Shown here: positions 32,825-45,849 of the stretch, in pieces | How positions within the stretch are numbered: position 1 is the first letter of the stretch | Layout of the letters: each line of letters begins with the position of its first letter | Assembly (NCBI GenBank): GCA_964016885.1 | Contig: OZ024741.1 | Location: 228,160,001 to 228,224,000 of the forward strand | DNA: 64,000 nucleotides | Source of the DNA: Eledone cirrhosa | Lineage: Eukaryota | Reading direction: 5' to 3' | Notes under the pieces: generated by a model | What the model was told of the DNA's origin: nothing | Databases searched by the model: none | The model's input: only the letters and a program-made list of their open reading frames with translations | Position numbers and translations under genes: made by a program

Positions 32825-33819
32825 AGTACCAGACTTGAAAAACTATGTACTGGGGTCTATTAGATTGACTAAATCTCATCAAAGCAGTGTCCCAACACAG
32901 CATTAGTCTGAAACCAATAAACGAATACGTGATCAGGATATCACTATATTTTGTACAACTATTAGTCAGTCATCAAGACAGCGTATAGGTTGTTACAACA
33001 TCAGATAGAATGTTTTGCAGTGTTCGTTAGGAATTAAATCCCACCACGATCGACTTTGCTTTTCGGGGGTTGATAGAAATAGAACCAGTTCAGTACTTGG
33101 GACAATTCATCCAGTATATTTCTTTCTCATATCCTCTCTCTCTCTCTCTGGTAGAAATCTGCTTTGTTCAGATCAAGAGAGGAGTAGACACTACCAAGTT
33201 TAAAATGGCTTGATGGCGTCCCTACGATTTCCTCAAGAGTTACAGGTTCATATACATATATAAGTTATCATCATCATTTTGTATCTGTGTTTCCATGCTG
33301 GCAAAGGTTGGACTATATTTCACAACAGTTAGTAGTTACAAACTACTGACCACATAAGTATACATTCAAATTTCCTACTTATTTTCATTGAATAATCAAT
33401 GTATAAATATTGGGGTCAAATATACTCCAGTAATTAATTCATGGAACGTAAAGTGGGGTGGAGGAGATATGTGGAATGTAGCAACCATACTTATATGTAT
33501 ATATATGTATCTAGATCTCTGTGTGTATGTGCATGTCTGAGTGCAGAGGAGCAGTATCAGAGTATATATATATGTGTGCGTGTGTTAAGGAGTAGTGGTA
33601 AAAGCCCAGTAACAATATCTGTCACCTGCCAAACTACCTGGTCTATTCTTTATCTAATCTTTATCTAATCTTGTCTTCTATTTCCTTCATTAGTCTTAGT
33701 CTGCCAATCTACATCCTGTTACCCCACCTCTCTCACTCTCTCTACCACCAACATCAAAAACTCTACTACCAACACCACCACTCTACCACAAACTGACTCA
33801 CAGATTTATGATATATTAA

Positions 33820-34120
33820 ATGTAGTGGAGACAGCAATACTAGTTGCTGATGGTGGTTGCGGTGGTTGAGATGATGGTGGTGGTAGTAGTAGTAGTTGTT
33901 GCTGATAGTGGTGGTTGTGATGACGGCGGTGGTTGTGATGGTGGTGGTGATAGTAGTAATAGTAGTAGTTGCTGATGCTGATGTTGGTGGTGGTAGTAGT
34001 AGTAGTTGCTGATGGTGGTGGTGGTTGTGACGATGGTGGTGGTGGTGGTTGTGACGGTGGTGGTGGTGGTTGTGATAATAAGGGTAGTAGTAGCAGCAGT
34101 AGTAGTTGTGATGGTGGTGT
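33820..34120. repeat. mixed (GGT)/(AGT) trinucleotide repeats
   Basis: direct inspection. Confidence 0.9.
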
Positions 34121-34260
34121 TCTTAGATCAAAAGTAGTCCAATGCACTACTTCACCTCTGTATACAGTGTTGTATGTAATCAGTCTGACCGATGTTTTTA
34201 GCTTGTTTGTTTTTTACACTAAACCAATTACAGTGAAGCTAAAGTCCTTATAAGGGTTGT

Positions 34261-34484
34261 TTAACCCTTTAGCATATACATTACTCCATATTTACAATTA
34301 TATTTTCACAGTAATATAATATACATAATTATCTCACATAATATCAAATCTATGAGATTTTGATATTATTTATTTTGAGAACAGTACCTCAACATAAGTA
34401 TAAGCAGCCAGTTATGACCAGTTTGAACAGAAAGTGGTGAGAGAATTCTGGCCGGATATGGCCGGTTTAAATACTAAAGGGTTA
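34261..34484. mobile_element. piggyBac-type MITE; related copy at about 62027-62254
   Basis: TTAA-CCCTTTAG..CTAAAGGG-TTAA. Confidence 0.8.
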
Positions 34485-34488
34485 AGAC

Positions 34489-35803
34489 TATAATAAAATA
34501 CTGGTGTGTATGAATATAACAAGAAACTAGGTTGTGTATATAACGTTTAATTAACAAGTTGAGGTTATGTAGAACAGTATAGTTGACATGTCAATGAGTA
34601 GTAGATGAAAGAATGAAGTAAAGTTATTTGTTACCGTTTTGAAGTTAGCTCGCAAGAAAAAATGAGTTGCGCAAAGTGCTAGAAATAACAGCCAAAGTTG
34701 ATGGTCGATGTTGAGAATGTGTTGACCTGGAAGGTTCAAGAGGCCAGCGACCAAAGAAATAAGCATTCTGAATAAATGCACAGTTTTCAACGGCAAATTT
34801 ACATGGTAAATTTTTAAACCGGCAAATAGGAGAATATAGCTTAAGGCTGGAGAATCCTTGGCGAGAAACATTATCCATGGCATGTGGTATCTCAGTGAGT
34901 CGAGATGTGTGCTGCCTACACGTGCCGAGACAAGTTGAAAAAAAATATATTTCTACTGCGCGAGAAAATGGCGCGAAAATGATAGTGCAACAGGTCGTTG
35001 GCAGCCATTTTGAAAAATGTGTGTGTGAACGTGACAATATGATGACAAAGAAAGAAAGGCTTCACTTAGTATAACAAATATGGCGAGTTCAATTTTTTTG
35101 TGAACGATGAAAAAAAAAACTTCGTGGAAAGAATAAGCAATAGTTGAGATTCAGCAAAAATAAATGTTCATGTTGAAAAAGAGTCTGTCTCAACGAGAAT
35201 TTCACATGTGCGTGTGTTCGTTTCTGTGTCTGAGTATTTTTCCTAGTTTGTTAATAAAGTTTGCTGCGTATTCGAAATGTTGGTCGACACATTCCAACGA
35301 AAATGGGGTACTGCTAATTAATTTTCGTTTTTCCATACTCACACAACACCAGATTCTGTTATTTTTTCTTTTCTATTCGGGGTCACCACTTATAACAAAA
35401 TACTGGTGTGTATGAATATAACAAAAGACTCAGTTGTGTATATAACGTTTAATTAACAAGTTGAGGTTATGTAGAACAGTATAGTTGACATGTCAATGAG
35501 TAGTAGATGAAAGAATGAAGTAAAGTTATTTGTTACCATTTTGAAGTTAGCTCGCAAGAGGCCATGTTAGGGCTGCCAGACGAACGCGCCTGACCGAAAG
35601 GCCAGGCAGGTTAGAAGGCCAGGAGCCGAAAGGCAAATGAGAGGTAGAGAGCTGAAAATTATTCCCTTTATAGGTCCTGGGACGGAAGTGACAAAAAGGG
35701 CTCTGCCACCCCAACGGGAAGCAACTCCAGCTACTTTCTGTCTAGAGAGCGTTACTCTATTGGTGATGTGATCGTCACAACAAGGAAGGCAACTCTTGCT
35801 ACA
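34489..35803 (-). mobile_element. internally deleted LTR retrotransposon (full LTR 35391-35803, tRNA-Trp PBS, partial second LTR 34489-34657)
   Basis: direct repeat of about 168 bp; TGGTGACCCCGA (35377-35388, minus) just after the LTR is complementary to the tRNA-Trp 3' end; LTR begins TGTAG; flanks agac/atac may be a 4-bp TSD. Confidence 0.75.
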
Positions 35804-36048
35804 ATACTGACCCTGTTACAATGTAGCTAAACTCATAATGATTGAGATCCTGACCTAGTTACAGTGGAGTTAAAGTTCCTATTTTAATGGCTATTTGAAA
35901 GCCTGGGCCAGTTATAGTGTAGCTAAAGTCACTATTGTGGTGTTTTGGTTGTTTATGAGACTGGATCATTCAGTTAAATATATGTATAGAATGGCACTAT
36001 GGGATGCATATGATGAGAGGGGAGGATTTAGATACATATGACATAGAG

Positions 36049-36235
36049 CAGGCATGTCAAACATGCGGCCCTTCACAAGAACGCCTGAGGCCTGCACAAA
36101 GGTTTTTACAGTGTGAGCATATTCTATCTTCGTAAAATTAGTTGTAATGTGTGCAATTAATTATTGAGTGTGGTCCTCAGACAACACATATGTGACCTAT
36201 GTGGCCCTTGGGGGACCCTCAGTTTGACATGCCTG
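36049..36235. mobile_element. hAT-type MITE
   Basis: TIRs caggcatgtcaaac and gtttgacatgcctg; 8-bp TSD ACATAGAG. Confidence 0.9.
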
Positions 36236-36279
36236 ACATAGAGGACAATTGGAAATTCTTACATTACAACCTACTTCGG

Positions 36280-38033
36280 ACTACCAATGAAACTTGTGGC
36301 TAGAGGAAAGCACCAGCCAGATAGAGGGGGGACCTGGGGGAGGATCAATATGGTGAATAGAGCCATTAAAGACAAGAGACAGGCACAGAAAGATTGGAAA
36401 AATGGAGATAGCAAAGACCAGAACCAGGAAGCTAAGAGAGAAGCTAAACAACAAGTATACACAGCATGCAAAGAGGCTAAAAGGTTTACCAATGTTTTAT
36501 GACATGAGGATCAAAGACAGGAGGTGTTGCACATCACATGGCAGTGTGTAGGTGTGAATCAAGGCAGTGTGTAAGTGTTGTTGGGGAAAAGTGTGTTCAA
36601 AATGATGCCAGTAGACTTAACATCACTGATGCTCAAAAGAAAGAGGCCTAGAAATACAACTATGAAAAGTTGATGAATGTGGAGAATGAGTGAGAGGAAG
36701 GGAGACTAACCCACAATAATCAATTATAGGGTCAAAGAAGCAACTAAGGATACGAAGAATAGTAAAACTGCTAGACCATCAGTGATAGTTGTCAAGATGA
36801 AGAAAGCATCTAGGGAAGAAGGAGCTGAACTATTCACTTGCATAGTCAATCAGATAATACATGATGGGGGTCATACCTAATGATTTGCACAGCAGTATTA
36901 TCATTAATTGCTAAAGGGGAAAAGGATATGCATAGAACGGAGCAACTATAGGGGCATAAAACTAATTGTCCAAGTTATGAAAATGACAGAAGCAGTCCTA
37001 GTGCAACTAATTAGGGAAAGAGTCGAACTAAATGATGTGCAGTTCAGTTTTGTGCCAGGGAGGAGCACCATGGAAACCCATTTCTTAGTGAGACAACTAC
37101 AAGAGAAGTTCCTAGCTAAGTGTAAGACACAATATCTAGCTTTTGTTGATCTAGAAAAGGCCTTTGACAGAGTACCATGATGTCATCTGGTGGTCCTTAA
37201 GTAAACTAGAGGTAAAAAAAATGGCTTGTGAGAGCAGTCCAAGCCATGTACAAGTTAGTAAAGTGAGAGTAGGAAGTGAGTTTAGTGAGGAATTCAAGGT
37301 GCAGGTAGGAGTTCATTAAGGTTCGGTTCTTAGCCCACTGCTGTTCATCATAGTTCTCCAGGCCATAACGAGGAGTTTAAAACTAGCTGTCCATTATAAC
37401 TCTGGTCCTTATAACTGAATCATTAATAGAACTAGAGAATATATTCCGACTATGGAAACAGAATTAGAAATCAAATTGTCTGAGAGTAAACTTAGCCAAA
37501 TTTAAAGTGCTAGTAAATAAGAAAGAAGATAGGACCACGATTCCTTCAGGGAAGTGGCCCTGTTCAATATGTAGAAAAGGAGTAGGCGTAAACTGCATAC
37601 GATGTACACAATGTAAATCTTGGGGACACAAGAGATGTAGTGGGATAACAGGTAGACTAACAGGAAGGGAGGACTTTGTATGTAAAAGATGCACAAGAGT
37701 AATCGATGGGAAGAGTGTAAGTGATATAAACATTTTCCACTCACAAGGATCTATAGAAGTAGTTAATAGCTTCTGCTATCTAGGTGACTTAATTAGCAGC
37801 AGAGGAGGGTGTTCTGAGATATTAATGCATAATAGCTAGAATAAGGATAGGATGGAAGAAGTTTAGAGAGTTACTAACACTGTTGACAACAAAATGTTTC
37901 TCCTTACGTACAAAATGACAACCGTATGATGCCTGTGTGAAAAGTGCAATGCTGCATGGTAGTGAAACATGGGTAGTAACTGCAGAGGACCCATGCTAGC
38001 ATCGAAGATAGACGTTAAACGACGATGATGATG
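36280..38033 (+). mobile_element. RTE-clade LINE remnant with RT and PHD-like finger
   Basis: SNYRGIKL, FVPGRST, YLAFVDLEKAFDRVP, WPCSICRKGVG..CTQCKSWGHKRC..CKRC, FCYLGD; many stops and frameshifts. Confidence 0.9.
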
Positions 38034-38046
38034 ATATATATATATA

Positions 38047-38421
38047 TATCATCATCATCATTTCATTTTACGTCCGCTTTTCCCTGCTTGCAAGGGTGGA
38101 ATGGGAACTGATTCTGGCTTGATTTCTACAGCTGGATGCCCTTCCTAACACCAACCTCATTTTACAGTGAGTGCTGGGTGCTTTTTTCCATGGCACCTAC
38201 ACGTCCACTTTACAATGTGGGCTGGGTGCTTTTTTGCCGTGGCACCTCCACAACCACTTTGCAATGGAATGATAGGGACCCCAGTCCCTATCATCTCATT
38301 TCTACAGCTGAGTAAACTGGAGCAATGTGAAATAAAGTATCTTGCTCACCGGGTCTGAGAATTGAACTCACAATCTTTCGATTGCAAGGCCAATGCTCTA
38401 TCCACTAAGCCATGTGCCTCC

Positions 38422-38422
<1 letters not shown>
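38047..38422 (-). mobile_element. SINE family B (tRNA-like head, RTE-like 3' tail); other copies at 42213-42590 (+) and 57480-57740 (-, partial)
   Basis: head GGAGGCACATGGCTTAGTGG..GAGTTCAATTC; tail cccttgcaagcagggaaaa..aaaatgatgatg shared with the RTE end at 52590-52640. Confidence 0.8.
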
Positions 38423-38456
<34 letters not shown>

Positions 38457-38529
38457 AACAGATAGATTGTTGAGTAGACAGACAGACATATACCTGTGTA
38501 GAAAGTTAGATAAACTACAGATAGACATA

Positions 38530-39423
<894 letters not shown>

Positions 39424-39669
39424 TACATATATGAATACATTAAAACAAACAGAAAGAAATATATCAAGAGGTAATTAGATATATTTATCAATCTATGTAT
39501 AAACAATGATCTGCCCAAATATGTAGATAAAGGTCTATGTATAAATTTATACAAACAGATAGATAAGATACACCAATACATAAAGATATTATATCAGACA
39601 CACAAACACACATACATAGACATACACATGTATACATACATGTATATATACATGTATATATATATATAT

Positions 39670-40270
39670 ATGGTGGCTGCCAACTCGTTTTCGAGTACGG
39701 CCACTACTTTATATCCATGTAGGAGAACCCCTACCCATGCGTGTGACTTTTTAGTCCAGCCAGCGACTTGAAAACTCTGGTACAAACACTACACTTGCGA
39801 CAATTATTCACACATAGTGCTGGGCCCATGGTACCATGTGACGACAAGTGCAGAGAGATCTCCAGATATAAAGCAATGCCTGTGCCGTGAAGCTTTTATA
39901 GTGAGCAAAGGCACTGCACAAAGCCAGTCCCACTCTCTTAACCAAGATGATATTTACCAAAAAGAAGAACAAGTCAACAACATTGGATACCATCAGGGTT
40001 GCAGGTGTTATATCAGAGTTTTCCTTCTCCTAGAATTCTGCCTTGACAAAGGCTAAGGGGTCATCTCTCCCAGTGATTTTGGATGGCCATTGACTCTTAA
40101 GAGCTCCTTTTCCCTTTGACAGATTTTGTTTTTAGTCCTGCAGGATGTCCAAAATCCCCTCCTCACCAAGAAACCTTGGTGGGGTTGCCAGTTTAGTCGC
40201 CAACGACCCGACCATGAGACAGGTTGTACGAGGATACATGTTACCAGTAGCACCAACTGGTGACCTGACA
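39670..40270 (-). mobile_element. short bipartite RTE derivative (5' UTR joined to C2H2-finger 3' end)
   Basis: 3' end and finger remnants (KCSVCTRVFKSLAGLKSH) parallel the neighbouring LINE at 40372-42030; structured GC-richer 5' head. Confidence 0.55.
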
Positions 40271-40371
40271 TAAATAATATGTATGTATATACATATATAC
40301 ATACATACATATATACATGTATATATATACATACATGTATATATATACACATATATACATACATACATATA

Positions 40372-42030
40372 TGATGGCTGCAAACTTGTGTTCGAGCATT
40401 GCCATCGCCCAATAAAATGCTCAAAAATGTGAGGCATGAATGTGGCTCTTTAGACCAGCCAAAGACTTACAACCTCTGGCACATACATGACAACTGTAGG
40501 CTCCTCCGGGACTTTCCATTGCTTTGTTCTGGCTGTGTGTTCTCATGTGTCTTTTAAGCCCTCCCATGCTAGCACATTTCTTGCCACATTCCTTATACCT
40601 TTTCAGATCATAATCTACATGAGGTCTACTGATATGACTTTGTTCATGTCTAGTCAAACCAGCTTTACTCAGGCAGACTTGACCACAGTGCTGGCAAACC
40701 AGATGATGTTCAACAGCAGGCAGTTCAGAACAGTCTCTTTTCCTTACCTTCCTTTTCAGTGATAGGTGTTCTCTCCAATGAGTTTCAAAGTGTTCACTAC
40801 CTGACTTGATCAAACGTCTCTGCTTCACACGCTCCTCAGCCATCTTCTCCCATTCGTCAGATGAAATTCCAGCACAAGCCAAGGTGCCCCTGACACAGTC
40901 CTGGTACCGCGTTTTTGGTTTGTGTGGTGGTCACCTTCCTTCACTCAGTTCTCCGTAGAGAAGTTGTTTTGGAATTCGGACCATGTGTCCGCACCACCTC
41001 AACTGATGCCGAAACATTATGCTCTCTATAGTCACGCACATGCTCCATTTGAGAACTTCCAAATCACTGACGAACATTTTCCATCGCACCCCAAGTAACT
41101 TACGAAGAGATTGTTGGTGAAATCTCTCCAGTTCCTTGAGGTGCTTTCTGTATGTGACCTAAGTTTCCCAAGCATAAAGCAAAAAGGAGACGACACACTT
41201 TCACCTTGGTTTCGATAGTGATACCTCGTCTTGACCATAAACGTTCATGCAGCCATCCAAAAGCATCACTAGCTTTCTTGATTCTTAAAGATATTTCATC
41301 ATCAAGTGTGCATGAATTTTTCAACATACTACCAAGGTAAATAAACTTGTCAGCAACTTTTAGCCTCTTTCCATACACATACACATTTGGTGTAGTGTAC
41401 TCAAGCTTATTGTGAGGCCTAAAGCACTGCAAGCTTCAGAAAATGAGTTCATAATATGCTGCATATCACTTTGTGAGTGTGCAAAAAGATCGCAGTCATC
41501 TGCATACAAAAGCTCTCAGATTATAGATGTTAATACCTTTGTGCTTGAACCAAAGCGCCTGATGTTGAACAACCTTTCCGAAGTGCGATAACTGATGTAA
41601 ACTCCATGCGAATAATTTTTCCTGAATGCCATGAGAAACACTATCGCAATATATAAGGAAAACAGAGTTGGAGCGGGAATGTCCCGCTGCTTCACTCCAT
41701 TCTCAACTGATATTGGTTCAGAGATGCTACCACCAATACTGACCCAAGCCTTCATGTCATCATGAAAAAGACGCAGAATCTTCACAAAATTTGGAGGGCA
41801 GCCAAGCTTTTCCAAAATTTTCCACAATGTAGTTTGATTGATGGTGTCAAAGGCCTTTGTAAAGTCAACAAAGACTTCTCTTGCAGCTGCCGAGCAGAAA
41901 AGATCATATCCACTGTTCCTGAACCCACACTGCGACTCAGGCAACACATTCAGAGCAACCCTTGAGATCAATCTATACATCAAAATTCAACATGACTTTA
42001 CCAACTACTGAAAGAAGTGATATGCCCACC
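40372..42030 (-). mobile_element. RTE/BovB-like LINE, 5'-truncated, with C-terminal C2H2 zinc fingers
   Basis: VLPESQCGFR, FVDFTKAFDTI, LLYADD, FIYLGS, LRWCGH; ORF 40421-40882 has CQHC..LTRHEQSH, LKRHMRTH and CHVC..LKSHIH. Confidence 0.9.
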
Positions 42031-42142
42031 CCTTTTTTTATTCATTTTAAATGATCATAAACATGCAGGACACATATTCAAATTTATATGCATTGAAACT
42101 ATACATGCATACATACATATATACATACACAAAGATATATAT

Positions 42143-42197
42143 ATGGACTAGAAATCTATTGGGGTCCCCCGCATAGGTTCGAGTCCTATCGGCGACG
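42143..42197 (+). pseudogene. tRNA-Ser(AGA) 3' two-thirds fragment
   Basis: ATGGACTAGAAATCTATTGGGGTCCCCCGCATAGGTTCGAGTCCTATCGGCGACG has the anticodon arm, long variable arm and T-arm; acceptor 5' strand and D-arm are missing. Confidence 0.7.
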
Positions 42198-43206
42198 TTT
42201 AAGCTTTCATTAAAGGAGGCACATGGTTTAGTGCTTAGAGCATTGGCCTTGCGGTCGAAGGGTTGTGAGTTCAATTCTCAGACCGGGTGGTGTGTTGTTT
42301 CCTTGAGCAAGACACTTTATTTCAAATTGCTCCAGTTTACTCAGCTGTAGAAATGAGATGTTAGGGACTGGGGTCCCTATCATTCCACTGCAAAGTGGTC
42401 GTGGAGGTGCCACGGCAGAAAAGCAGCCAGCCCACACTGTAAAGTGGACGTGTAGGCACCACGGAAAAAAAGCACCCAGCACTCACTGTAAATGAGGAAG
42501 GGCATCCAGCTGTAGAAATCAAGCCAGAATCAGTTCCCGTCCCACCCTTGCAAGCAGGGAAAAACGGACGTAAAATGAAATGAAATGAATGAAATATATA
42601 TATATACATACACAAACATATATATATACAGAAGCATATATAGACAAACATACATATCATCATCATCATCGTTTAGTGTCCACCTTCCATGCTGCTGATG
42701 ATGAAGATATGTGTATGTATATATATACATACATCCATATGTACATGCAAACACTCATATATATACATATACATACACACACATATGCCCATAAATATAT
42801 ACATATGTACATGTACGTACATACAAATATGCACACATAAATATAAGTATTCCTATAAACATATATATCAATACATATACCATAATGTGTTCCTTGATAT
42901 TTATAATTTTCTGGATTGAGTGCACTGATACCATATATATATATATATTTTCCCAGTCTCACTTTGAATATTTTTGCCCACTGAGCCCTCTCCACACATA
43001 AATGTACTATGAAAATTGAAGCACTACAGAGATCAATTACAAAACAAAATATAAAAGCATGATAGGCTTTGATTACTGGGATCAGCAATTAAACCTCAAT
43101 CTCTATTCTTTCCAATACTGCCATGATCACTATATCATTTGTATGGTGTAGAAAATATTCCATCAATTTTGCCCAAATGATACTGTAAACACCTACATAT
43201 GCACAC

Positions 43207-43264
<58 letters not shown>

Positions 43265-43303
43265 ACAGGAGGCTGGACTGGTGTAAATCCTTGAAAGGTT
43301 TAT

Positions 43304-43364
43304 TATGCTATGATCATTTCAATGACTGGGTTCCGTATGAATCCGGTGATATCATCAGGTATTC
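43304..43364 (-). ncRNA. hammerhead-like motif (weak stem I)
   Basis: minus strand ATAC-CTGATGA-(long stem II)-GAAA-TGATCA-TA-GCAT. Confidence 0.5.
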
Positions 43365-43705
43365 GAAATATAACAAAGGAACATAACAGATAAAATCCAT
43401 GGGGCTGAAAATCAAAGCTGACCAACTAGCTGCTTTCACCTCAATCAGTTGCCCTCAAGTGTTGGCTACTCAGTCTACTAATGACAATCTGGTGAGGGGG
43501 CGAAGGCTTATAATGTACTACCACCTCTCCGTCAAAGAGAAAAAACCAATCTGCTTTAGTAATCCAGTGAAACTACATACCGATTGGTCAAAATACAGTT
43601 TGCAGAATTTAACATTCTGTAGCCACTTTTCACTGTATATAAGGCACAAAATTTACACATCTCATTACAATTGGAAATTGCAAACTTGACTGTCACCACA
43701 GAATA

Positions 43706-43744
43706 TGAACCTGAAGATTGCGAAAGCATGAAAGTACTTGTTCA
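43706..43744 (+). ncRNA. minimal type I hammerhead ribozyme
   Basis: TGAAC-CTGAAGA-t-TGC gaaa GCA-t-GAAA-GTAC-TT-GTTCA; palindromic stem III. Confidence 0.75.
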
Positions 43745-44273
43745 ATTAACACTTAACATTTAATATTCTACCATACTATTTCATTATAATATCATTATAA
43801 TTTTAAAGGATTGTAAATAAAACGAGTAAATCAGACAAAGTTGGAATCCCTTTTATTAATATAATCTGCTATACACAATCATACACACCCGTGTATATTT
43901 ATATATATATATACACACACACACAAACACATATATATACACACACACACACGCACATATATATATACACATATATATATATACATATATATACACACAC
44001 ATATATATATATACATACACACACACATACACACACATATACATACACACACGCACGCACACACATATATATATATCCCCATGTATACATACATATAAAT
44101 ATTATAAAAACTACTGAATTTGGAATAATCATGGGTAGAACACCACAAAACTAAAACTTACTTAATATATAAATATATCTACATACATATGTATACACAC
44201 ATACATATGTAGATAAGACATACAATACATGCATAGAAATATTAGAAGTAAGGAAAGAATATAATTAGCTACG

Positions 44274-45610
44274 TTAATCAGGGTTCTTAAGTTTATAAAA
44301 GAAGGAATGAAAAGTTCTATGTGAACAGGAAGGAATTACTTCATTCTTTGCATCAAGGAGGTTGATTTTAGATGTAAGCATCTCATAAGACTCAGTTAAG
44401 CAAAGATTACACATAGCTCTATTACCACCATACAGTTTGGCTGTATTAATAATTACCCAGTTAGTCGTATTGAATGTTATCTTTTTTTTTAGGGTCCAAA
44501 TTAATCTAGATAAGGAAGTTGTGTTCTTCACTTTCTCATTTTCAAAAGGATCATAGCATAAAACCTAGTTTTAAATGTATTGGCAGTAACCCCGATGTAG
44601 TTGAATTTTTTATCCTTTGTTATCACTCCACATTTATATACAATATTGGCTCTAAGACATTCACCATCAAGTGGGTAATTGTTAGGGTTTCTGCAATTAT
44701 TATACATTTTACACATTTCAAATGATTATAATTACTAATACTATAATTATCGTTATTATTATTACTGGTGGATTGGCAGTATCAGTAGAGGGTCGGACGT
44801 CATGCTTTGACGCATAGAGTTACGGCCCTTTCCATTCTGAGTTCAAATGCTGCTGAGGTCAACTTTGCCTTTCAACCTTACGGGGTCCATAAAATAAAGT
44901 ACCAGTAATGTACTGGGTAATTGCTGGCCTTGTGCGAAAAGTAGAAACAATTATTATTACTATTATCATTATTATAAATTTCATTATTATTATTATTATC
45001 AATTTGACTATTCATAGTATAGTTATTTGCATTCCTTAAATGACCTGTTGGTGTGCTTGATGAATTGGCTATGTTATATGTAGATCTTTTATTATTAGTA
45101 GTAGTAAGAATATGTTTTACATTTCGATTATTTGTCACATTTTCATTAATATTTTTACTCTTCTGCTTGCTTTGAGAATTCTTCGGTAGAGCATCATACA
45201 CCACGCTTTGCAGCACAGTGTTATGGGCCTTTACGCCATGAGTTCAAATCCCATCAAGATTAACTTTGCCTTTCATCCTTAAAGGGGTCAATAAAATAAA
45301 ATACCAGTAATGCACTGGTGTAATTGCTGGCCTTGAGCCAAAAGTAGGAACAATTATTTTGGGGGTAAAAATTAGTTGATATTAGTTCACTATTTAATTT
45401 GTAAGATTTAATTTTCTTAAGATTATTCATAGCTATATAGTCAGCTACATTAGGTGTAGTTGAGTATGATAGATTAACGTTATTTTTATTTATTACTTTA
45501 TAACACCTGTGATTTGGTGGAATATCTCTCTCTACAATATTGAAAAAGATTTTAGGTATGTTAGAGGCATGCCTGTAATAAAGTAGACACGTATAAATGT
45601 ACTTCTGAAA
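44274..45610 (-). mobile_element. Penelope-like (Naiad-type) 3' fragment: linker and GIY-YIG endonuclease, interrupted by two SINEs
   Basis: NCR..PLDGECLRANIVYKC..YIGVTANTFKTRF, TSLSRLIW and CNLCLTE..SCSHR; upstream PPNHRCYKVINKNNVNLSYSTTPN. Confidence 0.85.
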
Positions 45611-45849
45611 ATAATTATAATTACAAATATAAATATAATATAGACAACAATAATAGTAAAAATAAAAATATGGGGAATAAAAATGAAATATTGAACAAAC
45701 CAGCTAAGTATATTAAAAATATTAGGAATAGTGATCCAATAACAAACTTACTTGATAACAGCTATACAGTAACAATATTAAACAATAATACTAGTAGTAA
45801 CAATAAAAATAAGAAATTAAGAAGGGAATGGAGTTCAGATAGCCTCTAG

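Noticed and set aside
33806-34253. Pro/His/Gly-rich ORFs
   Set aside because: Trinucleotide repeat translations without splice or homology support
44274-44716. Possible selenocysteine-encoding Naiad element
   Set aside because: No in-frame TGA at conserved Cys positions and no convincing SECIS seen in this fragment
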